Below, piece by piece: positions 38,801 through 51,699 of a stretch of DNA of 64,000 bases (the first letter of the stretch is position 1; each line of letters starts with the position of its first letter). Source of the DNA: Heterodontus francisci (Eukaryota); NCBI RefSeq assembly GCF_036365525.1, contig NC_090373.1, positions 72,245,271 to 72,309,270 on the forward strand, written 5' to 3'. The translations under genes and the position numbers were made by a program. Below the pieces are notes generated by a model. That model was not told where the DNA came from. It did not search any database and saw only the letters and a program-made list of their open reading frames with translations.

Positions 38801-41800
38801 CAGTGGTCTGAATCTCAATGGTGTGAATCTCAGTGGTGAGATTCCCAGTGGTGTTATTCTCAGTGATCTGATTCTCAGTGGTGTGAATTTCAGTGGTGTG
38901 AATCTCAGTGGTGTGATTCTCAGTGGTGTGAATCTCAGTGGTGTGATTCTCAGTGGTGTGATTCTCAGTGGTGTGATTCTCAGTGGTGTGATTCTCAGTG
39001 GTGTGAATCTCAGTGGTGTGAATCTCAGTGGTGGGATTCCCAGTGGTGTTATTCTCAGTGGTGCGATTCTCAGTGGTGCGATTCTCAGTGATCTGATTCT
39101 CAGTGGTGCGATTCTCAGTGGTGTGATTCTCAGTGGTTTTAGTCTCAGTGGTGTGATTCTCAGTGGTGTGAATCTCAGTGGTGTGAATCTCAGCCGTGTG
39201 ATTCTCAGCGGTGTGAATCTCAGTAGCGTGAATCTCAGTGGCGTGATTCTCAGTGGCGTGAATCTCAGTGGCGTGAATCTCAGTGGTGTGAATTTCAGTG
39301 GTGAGATTCTCAGTGGTGAGATTCTCAGTGCTGTGAATCTCAGTGATGTGAATCTCGGTGGTGTGATTTTCAGTGGTGAGATTCTCAGTGATGTGAATCT
39401 CAGTGGTGTGATTCTCAGTGGTGTGAATCTCAGTGGTGTGAATCTCAGTGATGTGAATCTCAGTGGTGTGAATCTCAGTGGTGTGAATCTCAGTGGTGAG
39501 ATTCTCAGTCTTCTGATTCTCAGTGGTGAGATTCTCAAAAGTGAAATTCTCAGTGGTGAGATTCTCAGTGGTGAGATTCTCAGTGGTGTGATTCTCAGTG
39601 GTGAGATTCTCTGTGGTGAGATTCTCTAGTGAGATTCTCAGTGGTGTGAATCTCAGTGGCGGGAATCTCAGTGGTTTGATTCTCAGTGGTGAGATTCTCA
39701 GTGGTGTGAATCTCAATAGTGTGATTCTCAGTGGTGTGATTCTCAGTGGTGTGAATCTCAGTGGTGTGAATTTTAGTGGTGAGATTCTCAGTCGTGTGAT
39801 TCTCAGTGGTGTGATTCTCAGTGGTGTGAATCTCAGTGGTGGGAATCTCAGTGATGTGAACCTCAGTGGTGTGAATCTCAGTGGTGTGATTCTCAATCCT
39901 GAGATTCTCAGTGGTGAGATTCTCGGTGTTGTTCATCTCAATGCTGAGATTCTCAGTGGTGAGATTCTCCCTGGTGTGATTCTCTGTGGTGAGATTCTCT
40001 GTGGTGAGATTTTCAGTGGTGTGAATCTTTGTGCTGAGATTCTCAGTATTCTGATTCTCAGTGTTCTGATTCTCTGGTGAGATTCTCAGTCGTCTAATTC
40101 TCAGTGGTTTCAGTCTCTGGTGTAAATCTCAGTGGTGTGAATCTCAGTGGTGTGATTCTCAGTGGTGTGAATCTCAGTGGTGAGAATCTCAGTGGTGTGA
40201 TTCTCAGTGGTGTGAATCTCAGTGGTAAGATTCCCAGTGGTGTTATTCTCAGTGATCTGATTCTCAGTGGTGCGATTCTCAGTGGTGCGATTCTTAGTGG
40301 TGCGATTCTCAGTGGTGTGATTCTCAATGGTGTGATTCTCAATGGTCTGAATCTCAGTGGTGTGAATCTCAGTGGTGAGATTCCCAGTGGTGTTATTCTC
40401 AGTGATCTGATTCTCAGTGGTGTGAATCTCAGTGGTGTGAATCTCAGTGGTGTGAATCTCAGTGGTGTGATTCTCAGTGGTGTGATTCTCAGTGGTCTGA
40501 ATCTCAATGGTGTGAATCTCAGTGGTGAGATTCCCAGTGGTGTTATTCTCAGTGATCTGATTCTCAGTGGTGTGAATTTCAGTGGTGTGAATCTCAGTGG
40601 TGTGATTCTCAGTGGTGTGAATCTCAGTGGTGTGATTCTCAGTGGTGTGATTCTCAGTGGTGTGATTCTCATTGGTGCGATTCCCAGTGGTGCGAATCTC
40701 AGTGGTGCGAATCTCAGTGATGCGATTCTCAGTGGTGGGATTCTCAGTGGTGTGATTCTCAGTGGTGAGATTCCCAGTGGTGTTATTCCCAGTGGTGTTA
40801 TTCTCAGTGGTGTGAATCTCAGTGGTGTGATTCTCAGTGGTTTTAGTCTCAGTGGTGTGATTCTCAGTGGTGTGAATCTCAGTGGTGTGAATCTCAGTGG
40901 TGTGAATCTCAGTGGTGTTATTCTCAGTGGTGAGAATCTCAGTGGTGTGATTCTCAGTGGTTTCAGTCTCAGTGGTGTGATTCTCAATGGTGTGATTCTC
41001 AATGGTGTGATTCCCAGCGGTGAGATTCTCAGTGGTTTGATTCTCAGTGGTGTGATTCCCAGCGGTGAGATTCTCAGTGGTGTGATTCTCAGTGGTGTGA
41101 TTCCCAGCGGTGAGATTCTCAGTGGTTTGATTCTCAGTGGTGTGATTCCCAGCGGAGAGATTTTCAGTGGTGTGATTCCCAGTGGTGTTATTGCCAGTGA
41201 TCTGATTCTCATTGGTGCGATTCTCAGTGGTGCGATTCCCAGCGGTCAGATTCTCAGTGGTTTGATTCTTAGTGGTGTGATTCCCAGCGGTGAGATTCTC
41301 ATTGGTTTGATTCTCAGTGGTGTGATTCCCAGTGGAGAGATTCTCAGTGGTGTGATTGCCAGTGTTGAGATTGCCAGTGCTGAGATTGCCAGTGCTGAGA
41401 TTCTCACTGGTGTGATTCCCAGTGGTGAGATTCTCAGTGGTGTGATTCTGAGTGGTGTGCTTCCCAATGCTGTGATTCCCGGTGCTGTGATTCCCAGTGC
41501 TGTGATTCCCAGTGCTGTGATTCTCAGTGGTGTGATTCTCAGTGGTGTGAATCTCAGTGGTGTGAATCTCAGTGGTGGGATTCCCAGTGGTGTTATTCTC
41601 AGTGGTGCGATTCTCAGTGGTGCGATTCTCAGTGATCTGATTCTCAGTGGTGCGATTCTCAGTGGTGCGATTCTCAGTGGTGTGAATCTCAATGGTGTGA
41701 ATCTCAGTGGTGTGTTTCTCAGCGGTGTGAATCTCAGCCATGTGATTCTCAGCGGTGTGAATCTCAGTAGCGTGAATCTCAGTGGCGTGATTCTCAGTGG

Positions 41801-43700
41801 CGTGAATCTCAGTGGCGTGAATCTCAGTGGTGTGAATTTCAGTGGTGAGATTCTCAGTGGTGAGATTCTCAGTGCTGTGAATCTCAGTGATGTGAATCTC
41901 GGTGGTGTGATTTTCAGTGGTGAGATTCTCAGTGATGTGAATCTCAGTGGTGTGATTCTCAGTGGTGTGAATCTCAGTGGTGTGAATCTCAGTGATGTGA
42001 ATCTCAGTGGTGTGAATCTCAGTGGTGTGAATCTCAGTGGTGAGATTCTCAGTCTTCTGATTCTCAGTGGTGAGATTCTCAAAAGTGAAATTCTCAGTGG
42101 TGAGATTCTCAGTGGTGAGATTCTCAGTGGTGTGATTCTCAGTGGTGAGATTCTCTGTGGTGAGATTCTCAGTGGTGTGAATCTCAGTGGTGTGAATCTC
42201 AGTGGCGGGAATCTCAGTGGTTTGATTCTCAGTGGTGAGATTCTCAGTGGTGTGAATCTCAATGGTGTGATTCTCAGTGGTGTGATTCTCAGTGGTGTGA
42301 ATCTCAGTGGTGTGAATTTTAGTGGTGAGATTCTCAGTCGTGTGATTCTCAGTGGTGTTATTCTCAGTGGTGTGAATCTCAGTGGTGGGAATCTCAGTGA
42401 TGTGAACCTCAGTGGTGTGAATCTCAGTGGTGTGATTCTCAATCCTGAGATTCTCAGTGGTGAGATTCTCGGTGTTGTTCATCTCAATGCTGAGATTCTC
42501 AGTGGTGAGATTCTCCCTGGTGTGATTCTCTGTGGTGAGATTCTCTGTGGTGAGATTTTCAGTGGTGTGAATCTTAGTGCTGAGATTCTCAGTATTCTGA
42601 TTCTCAGTGTTCTGATTCTCTGGTGAGATTCTCAGTCGTCTAATTCTCAGTGGTTTCAGTCTCTGGTGTAAATCTCAGTGGTGCGAATCTCAGTGGTGTG
42701 AATCTCAGTGGTAAGATTCCCAGTGGTGTTATTCTCAGTGATCTGACTCTCGGTGTGAATCTCAGTGGTGTGAATCTCAGTGGTGTGAATCTCAGTGGTG
42801 TGAATCTCAGTGGTGAGAATCTCAGTGGTGTGATTCTCAGTGGTGTGAATCTCAGTGGTAAGATTCCCAGTGGTGTTATTCTCAGTGATCTGATTCTCAG
42901 TGGTGCGATTCTCAGTGGTGCGATTCTTAGTGGTGCGATTCTCAGTGGTGCGAATCTCAGTGTTTTCAGTCTCAGTGGTGTGATTCTCAATGGTGTGATT
43001 CTCAATGGTCTGAATCTCAGTGGTGTGAATCTCAGTGGTGAGATTCCCAGTGGTGTTATTCTCAGTGATCTGATTCTCAGTGGTGTGAATCTCAGTGGTG
43101 TGAATCTCAGTGGTGTGATTCTCAGTGGTGTGATTCTCAGTGGTCTGAATCTCAATGGTGTGAATCTCAGTGGTGAGATTCCCAGTGGTGTTATTCTCAG
43201 TGATCTGATTCTCAGTGGTGTGAATTTCAGTGGTGTGAATCTCAGTGGTGTGATTCTCAGTGGTGTGAATCTCAGTGGTGTGATTCTCAGTGGTGTGATT
43301 CTCAGTGGTGTGATTCTCAGTGGTGCGATTCCCAGTGGTGCGAATCTCAGTGGTGCGAATCTCAGTGATGCGATTCTCAGTGGTGGGATTCTCAGTGGTG
43401 TGATTCTCAGTGGTGAGATTCCCAGTGGTGTTATTCCCAGTGGTGTTATTCTCAGTGGTGTGAATCTCAGTGGTGTGATTCTCAGTGGTTTTAGTCTCAG
43501 TGGTGTGATTCTCAGTGGTGTGAATCTCAGTGGTGTGAATCTCAGTGGTGTGAATCTCAGTGGTGTTATTCTCAGTGGTGTGAATCTCAGTGGTGTGATT
43601 CTCAGTGGTTTCAGTCTCAGTGGTGTGATTCTCAATGGTGTGATTCTCAATGGTGTGATTCCCAGCGGTGAGATTCTGTGGTTTGATTCTCAGTGGTGTG
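35830..43700. repeat. Higher-order duplicated blocks (offsets about 1.6-3.4 kb)
   Basis: ATTCTCTAGTGAG at ~36232 and ~39621 (offset 3389). CTCAAAAGTGAAATT at ~39534 and ~42078. CTCCCTGGT variants recur through the interval. Confidence 0.78.
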
Positions 43701-46700
43701 ATTCCCAGCGGTGAGATTCTCAGTGGTGTGATTCTCAGTGGTGTGATTCCCAGCGGTGAGATTCTCAGTGGTTTGATTCTCAGTGGTGTGATTCCCAGCG
43801 GAGAAATTTTCAGTGGTGTGATTCCCAGTGGTGTTATTGCCAGTGATCTGATTCTCAGTGGTGCGATTCTCAGTGGTGCGATTCCCAGCGGTCAGATTCT
43901 CAGTGGTTTGATTCTCAGTGGTGTGATTCCCAGCGGTGAGATTCTCATTGGTTTGATTCACAGTGGTGTGATTCCCAGTGGAGAGATTCTCAGTGGTGTG
44001 ATTGCCAGTGTTGAGATTGCCAGTGCTGAGATTGCCAGTGCTGAGATTCTCACTGGTGTGATTCCCAGTGGTGAGATTCTCAGTGGTGTGATTCTGAGTG
44101 GTGTGCTTCCCAATGCTGTGATTCCCAGTGCTGTGATTCCCAGTGCTGTGATTCCCAGTGTTGTGATTCCCAGTGTTGTGATTCTGAATGATGTGATTCT
44201 CAGTGCTGTGATTCCCAGTGGTGTGATTCCCAGTGGTGAGATCCTCAGTGGTGTGATTGCCAGTGCTGAGATTCTCAGTGGTGTGATTCCCAGTGGTGAG
44301 ATTCTCAGTGGTGTTATTCCCAGTGGTGTTATTCCCAGTGGTGTGATTCCCTGTGGTGTGATTCCCTGTGGTGTGATTCCCTGTGGTGTGATTCCCAGTG
44401 GTGAGATTCTCAGTGGTGTGATTCTGAGTGGTGTGCTTCCCAATGCTGTGATTCCCAGTGCTGTGATTCCCATTGCTGTGAATCCCAGTGTTGTGATTCC
44501 CAGTGTTGTGATTCTGAATGATGTGATTCTCAGTGGTGTGATTCCCAGTGGTGTGATTCCCAGTGGTGAGATTCTCAGTGGTGTTATTCCCAGTGGTGGT
44601 ATTCCCAGTGGTGTGATTCCCAGTGGTGTGATTCCCTGTGGTGTGATTCCCTGTGGTGTGATTCCCAGTGGTGAGATTCTCAGTGTTGTGATTGCCAGTG
44701 TTGTGATTCCCAGTGGTGGTATTATCAGTGGTGTGATTCCCAGTGGTGTGATTCACAGTGGAGAGATTCTCAGTCGTCTGATTCTCAGTGGTGTGATTCC
44801 CGGTCGTGGTATTATCAGTGGTGTGATTCCCAGTGGTGTGATTCTCAGTGATCTGATTCTCAGTGATCTGATTCCCAGTGGTGTGATTCCCAGTGGTGTG
44901 ATTCCCAGTGGTGTGATTCGCAGTGGTGTGATTCCCAGTGGTGAGTTCCTCAGTGGTGAGATTCCCAGTGGTTTGAATCCCAGTTATCTGATTCTCAGTG
45001 GTGTGAATCTCAGTGGTGTGAATCTCAGTGGTGTGAATCTCAGTGGTGTGATTCTCAATGGTGTGAATCTCAGTGGTGTGATTCTCAGTGGTGTGAATCT
45101 CAGTGGTGTGAATCTCAGTGGTGTGAATCTCAGTGGTCTGATTCTCAGTGGTGTAATTCTCAGTGGTGTGAATCTGTGGTGTGAATCTCAGTGGTGAGAT
45201 TCCCAGTGGTGTTATTCTAAGTGATCTGATTCTCAGTGGTGTGAATCTCAGTGGTGTGAATCTCAGTGGTGTGAATCTCAGTGGTGTGATTCTCAGTGGT
45301 GTGATTCTCAGTGGTCTGAATCTCAGTGGTGGGATTCCCAGTGGTGTGATTCTCAGTGGTGTGAATCTCAGTGGTGTGATACTCAGTGGTGTGATTCTCA
45401 GTGGTGCGATTCTCAGTGGTGCGAATCTCAGTGGTGAGATTCCCAGTGGTGAGATTCCCAGTGGTGTTATTCCCAGTGGTGTTATTCTCAGTGGTGTGAT
45501 TCTCAATGGTGTGATTCCCAGCGGTGAGATTCTCAGTGGTTTGATTCTCAGTGGTGTGATTCCCAGCGGTGAGATTTTCAGTGGTGTGATTCCCAGTGGT
45601 GTTATTCTCAGTGATCTGATTCTCAGTGGTGCGATTCTCAGTGGTGCGATTCCCAGCGGTCAGATTCTCAGTGGTTTGATTCTCAGTGGTGTGATTCCCA
45701 GCGGTGAGATTCTCATTGGTTTGATTCTCAGTGGTGTGATTCCCAGCGGTGAGATTTTCAGTGGTGTGATTCCCAGTGATGAGATTCGCAGTGGCGGGAT
45801 TCTCAATGGTGTGATTCGCAGTGGAGAGATTCTCAGTGGTGTGATTGCCAGTGTTGAGCTTGCCAGTGCTGAGATTGCCAGTGCTGAGATTCTCACTGGT
45901 GTGATTCCCAGTGGTGAGATTCTCAGTGGTGTGATTCAGAGTGGTGTGCTTCCCAATGCTGTGATTCCCAGTGCTGTGATTCCCAGTGCTGTGATTCCCA
46001 GTGTTGTGATTCTGAATGATGTGATTCTCAGTGGTGTGATTCCCAGTGGTGTGATTCCCAGTGGTGAGATCCTCAGTGGTGTGATTCTCAGTGGTGTGAT
46101 TCCCAATGGTGAGATTCTCAGTGGTGTTATTCCCAGTGGTGTGATTCCCAGTGGTGTGATTCCCTGTGGTGTGATTCCGTGTGGTGTGATTCCCAGTGGT
46201 GAGATTCTCAGTGTTGTGATTGCCAGTGTTGTGATTCCCAGTGGTGGTATTATCAGTGGTGTGATTCCCAGTGGTGTGATTCACAGTGGAGAGATTCTCA
46301 GTCGTCTGATTCTCAGTGGTGTGATTCCCGGTCGTGGTATTATCAGTGGTGTGATTCCCAGTGGTGTGATTCTCAGTGATCTGATTCTCAGTGATCTGAT
46401 TCCCAGTGGTGTGATTCCCAGTGGTGGGATTCCCAGTGGTGTGATTCGCAGTGGTGTGATTCCCAGTGGTGAGTTCCTCAGTGGTGAGATTCCCAGTGGT
46501 TTGAATCCCAGTTATCTGATTCTCAGTGGTGTGAATCTCAGTGGTGTGAATCTCAGTGGTGTGAATCTCAGTGGTGTGATTCTCAATGGTGTGAATCTCA
46601 GTGGTGTGATTCTCAGTGGTGTGAATCTCAGTGGTGTGAATCTCAGTGGTGTGAATCTCAGTGGTCTGATTCTCAGTGGTGTAATTCTCAGTGGTGTGAA

Positions 46701-49700
46701 TCTGTGGTGTGAATCTCTGTGGTGAGATTCTCAGTGGTGAGATTCTCAGTGGTGTGAATCTCAGTGGTGTGATTCTCAGTGGTGTGATTCTCAGTAGTGT
46801 GATTCTCAGTGGTGGGATTCCCAGTGGTGTTATTCTCAGTGATCTGATTCTCAGTGGTGCGATTCTCAGTGGTGCGATTCTCAGTGGTGTGATTCTCAAT
46901 GGTGTGAATCTCAGTGCTGTGATTCCCAGTGGTGTGATTCCCTGTGGTGTGATTCCCAATGGTGAGATTCTCAGTGGTGAGTTTCCCAGTGGTGTGATTC
47001 CCAGTGGTGTGATTCCCAGTGGTGTGATTCCCAGTGGTGTGATTCTCAGTCGTCTGATTCTCAGTGGTGTGATTCCCAGTGGTGTGATTCCCAGTGGTGT
47101 GATTCCCAGTGGTGTGATTCCCAGTGGTGTGATTCCCGGTGGTGGTATTATCAGTGGTGTGATTCCCAGTGGTGTGATTCCCAGTGATATGATTCCCAGT
47201 GGTGTAATTCCCAGTGGTGAGATTCCCAGTGGTGAGTTCCTCAGTGGTGAGATTCCCAGTGGTGTGAATCCCAGTTATCTGATTCTCAGTGGTGTGAATC
47301 TCAGTGGTGTGAATCTCAGTGGTGTGAATCTCAGTAGTGTGAATCTCAGTGATGAGATTCTCAGTGGTGTGATTCTCAATGGTGTGAATCTCAGTGGTGT
47401 GATTCTCAGTGGTGTGAATCTCAGTGGTCTGATTCTCAGTGGTTTGAATCTCAATGGTGTGAATCTCAGTGGTGAGATTCCCAGTGGTGTTATTCTCAGT
47501 GATCTGATTATCAGTGGTGTGAATCTCAGTGGTGTGATTCTCAGTGGTGTGAATCTCAGTGGTGTGATTCTCAGTGGTGTGATTCTCAGTGGTGTGATTC
47601 TCAGTGGTGCGATTCTCAGTGGTGCGAATCTCAGTGGTGCGAATCTCAGTGATGCGATTCTCAGTGGTGGGATTCTCAGTGGTGTGATTCTCAGTGGTGA
47701 GATTCCCAGTGGTGTTATTCCCAGTGGTGTTATTCTCAGTGGTGTGAATCTCAGTGGTGTGATTCTCAGTGGTGTGATTCTCAGTGGTGTGAATCTCAGT
47801 GGTGTGAATCTCAGTGGTGTGAATCTCAGTGGTGTTATTCTCAGTGGTGTGAATCTCAGTGGTGAGATTCTCAGTGGTTTGATTCTCAGTGGTGTGATTC
47901 CCAGCGGTGAGATTCTCAGTGGTGTGATTCTCAGTGGTGTGATTTCCAGCGGTGAGATTCTCAGTGGTTTGATTCTCAGTGGTGTGATTCCCAGCGTTGA
48001 GATTTTCAGTGGTGTGATTCCCAGTGGTGTTATTCTCAGTGATCTGATTCTCAGTGGTGCGATTCTCAGTGGTGCGATTCCCAGCGGTCAGATTCTCAGT
48101 GGTTTGATTCTCAGTGGTGTGATTCCCAGCGGTGAGATTCTCATTGGTTTGATTCTCAGTGGTGTGATTCCCAGCGGTGAGTTTTTCAGTGGTGTGATTC
48201 CCAGTGATGAGATTCGCAGTGGCGGGAATCTCAATGGTGTGATTCGCAGTGGAGAGATTCTCAGTGGTGTGATTGCCAGTGTTGAGATTGCCAGTGCTGA
48301 GATTGCCAGTGCTGAGATTCTCACTGGTGTGATTCCCAGTGGTGAGATTCTCAGTGGTGTGATTCTGAGTGGTGTGCTTCCCAATGCTGTGATTCCCAGT
48401 GCTGTGATTCCCAGTGCTGTGATTCCCAGTGTTGTGATTCTGAATGATGTGATTCTCAGTGGTGTGATTCCCAGTGGTGTGATTCCCAGTGGTGAGATCC
48501 TCAGTGGTGTGATTGCCAGTGCTGAGATTCTCAGTGGTGTGATTCTCAGTGGTGTGATTCCCAGTGGTGAGATTCTCAGTGGTGTTATTCCCAGTGGTGT
48601 TATTCCCAGTGGTATGATTCCCAGTGGTGTGATTCCCTGTGGTGTGATTCCCTGTGGTGTGATTCCCAGTGGTGAGATTCTCAGTGTTGTGATTCCCAGT
48701 GTTGTGATTCCCAGTGGTGGTATTATCAGTGGTGTGATTCCCAGTGGTGTGATTCACAGTGGAGAGTTTCTCAGTCGTCTGATTCTCAGTGGTGTGATTC
48801 CCGGTGGTGGTATTATCAGTGGTGTGATTCCCAGTGGTGTGATTCTCAGTGATCTGATTCTCAGTGATCTGATTCCCAGTGGTGTGATTCCCAGTGGTGT
48901 GATTCCCAGTGGTGTGATTCGCAGTGGTGTGATTCCCAGTGGTGAGTTCCTCAGTGGTGAGATTTCCAGTGGTTTGAATCCCAGTTATCTGATTCTCAGT
49001 GGTGTGAATCTCAGTGGTGTGAATCTCAGTGGTGTGAATCTCAGTGGTGTGATTCTCAATGGTGTGAATCTCAGTGGTGTGATTCTCAGTGGTGTGAATC
49101 TCAGTGGTGTGAATCTCAGTGGTCTGATTCTCAGTGGTGTAATTCTCAGTGGTGTGAATCTGTGGTGTGAATCTCTGTGGTGAGATTCTCAGTGGTGAGA
49201 TTCTCAGTGGTGTGAATCTCAGTGGTGTGATTCTCAGTGGTGTGATTCTCAGTGGTGTGATTCTCAGTGGTGGGATTCCCAGTGGTGTTATTCTCAGTGA
49301 TCTGATTCTCAGTGGTGCGATTCTCAGTGGTGCGATTCTCAGTGGTGTGATTCTCAATGGTGTGAATCTCAGTGCTGTGATTCCCAGTGGTGTGATTCCC
49401 TGTGGTGTGATTCCCAATGGTGAGATTCTCAGTGGTGAGATTCCCGGTGATGTGATTCCCAGTGGTGTGATTCCCAGTGGTGTGATTCCCAGTGGTGTGA
49501 TTCTCAGTCGTCTGATTCTCAGTGGTGTGATTCCCAGTGGTGTGATTCCCAGTGGTGTGATTCCCGGTGGTGGTATTATCAGTGGTGTGATTCCCAGTGG
49601 TGTGATTCCCAGTGATATGATTCCCAGTGGTGTAATTCCCAGTGGTGAGATTCCCAGTGGTGTGAATCCCAGTTATCTGATTCTCAGTGGTGTGAATCTC

Positions 49701-51200
49701 AGTGGTGTGAATCTCAGTAGTGTGAATCTCAGTGGTGAGATTCTCAGTGGTGTGATTCTCAATGGTGTGAATCTCAGTGGTGTGATTCTCAGTGGTGTGA
49801 ATCTCAGTGGTCTGATTCTCAATGGTGTGAATCTCAGTGGTGTGATTCTCAGTGGTGTGAATCTCAGTGGTGTGATTCTCAGTGGTGTAAATCTCAATGG
49901 TGTGAATCTCAATGGTGTGATTCTCAGTGGTTTCAGTCTCAGTGGTGTGATTCTCAGTGGTGTGATTCTCAGTGGTGTGATTCTCAGTGGTGTGATTCCC
50001 GGTGGTGGTATTATCAGTGGTGTGATTCCCAGTGGTGTGATTCTCAGTGATCTGATTCTCAGTGATCTGATTCCCAGTGGTGTGATTCCCAGTGGTGTGA
50101 TTCCCAGTGGTGTGATTCGCAGTGGTGTGATTCCCAGTGGTGAGTTCCTCAGTGGTGAGATTTCCAGTGGTTTGAATCCCAGTTATCTGATTCTCAGTGG
50201 TGTGAATCTCAGTGGTGTGAATCTCAGTGGTGTGAATCTCAGTGGTGTGATTCTCAATGGTGTGAATCTCAGTGGTGTGATTCTCAGTGGTGTGAATCTC
50301 AGTGGTGTGAATCTCAGTGGTCTGATTCTCAGTGGTGTAATTCTCAGTGGTGTGAATCTGTGGTGTGAATCTCTGTGGTGAGATTCTCAGTGGTGAGATT
50401 CTCAGTGGTGTGAATCTCAGTGGTGTGATTCTCAGTGGTGTGATTCTCAGTGGTGTGATTCTCAGTGGTGGGATTCCCAGTGGTGTTATTCTCAGTGATC
50501 TGATTCTCAGTGGTGCGATTCTCAGTGGTGCGATTCTCAGTGGTGTGATTCTCAATGGTGTGAATCTCAGTGCTGTGATTCCCAGTGGTGTGATTCCCTG
50601 TGGTGTGATTCCCAATGGTGAGATTCTCAGTGGTGAGATTCCCGGTGATGTGATTCCCAGTGGTGTGATTCCCAGTGGTGTGATTCCCAGTGGTGTGATT
50701 CTCAGTCGTCTGATTCTCAGTGGTGTGATTCCCAGTGGTGTGATTCCCAGTGGTGTGATTCCCGGTGGTGGTATTATCAGTGGTGTGATTCCCAGTGGTG
50801 TGATTCCCAGTGATATGATTCCCAGTGGTGTAATTCCCAGTGGTGAGATTCCCAGTGGTGTGAATCCCAGTTATCTGATTCTCAGTGGTGTGAATCTCAG
50901 TGGTGTGAATCTCAGTAGTGTGAATCTCAGTGGTGAGATTCTCAGTGGTGTGATTCTCAATGGTGTGAATCTCAGTGGTGTGATTCTCAGTGGTGTGAAT
51001 CTCAGTGGTCTGATTCTCAATGGTGTGAATCTCAGTGGTGTGATTCTCAGTGGTGTGAATCTCAGTGGTGTGATTCTCAGTGGTGTAAATCTCAATGGTG
51101 TGAATCTCAATGGTGTGATTCTCAGTGGTTTCAGTCTCAGTGGTGTGATTCTCAGTGGTGTGATTCTCAGTGGTGTGATTCTCAGTGGTGTGAATCTCAG
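43670..51200. repeat. ATTCCC-rich sub-domain with higher-order duplications (offsets ~1.5, ~2.46 and ~1.2 kb)
   Basis: Junction marker AATCTGTGGT at 45171, 46699, 49157 and 50355. Blocks ~49167-49990 and ~50365-51190 look identical by eye (offset 1198). Confidence 0.8.
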
Positions 51201-51699
51201 TGGTGTGATTCTCAGTGGTGTCATTCTCAGTGGTGTGAATCTCAGTGAGATTCTCAGTGGTGTGAATCTCAGCCGTGTGAATCTCAGCCGTGTGAATCAC
51301 TGTGGTGTGAATCTCAGTGGTGTGATTCTCAGTGGTGTGATTCTCAGTGGTGTGATTCTCAGTGGTGTGATCTCAGTGGTGTGATTCTCAGTGGTCTGAA
51401 TCTCAGTGAGATTCTCAGTGGTGTGAATCTCAGCCGTGTGAATCACAGTGGTGTGAATCTCAATGGTGTGATTCTCAGTGGGTTCAGTCTCAGTGGTTTC
51501 AGTCTCAGTGGTGTGATTCTCAGTGGTGTGATTCTCAGTGGTGTGATTCTCAGTGGTGTGATTCTCAGTGGCGTGAATCTCAATGGTGTGAATCTCAGTG
51601 GTGAGATTCTCAGTGGTGTGAATCTCAGTGGTGTGAATCTCAGTGGTGTGAATCTCAATGGTGTGATTCTCAGTGGTTTCAGTCTCAGTGGTGTGATTC

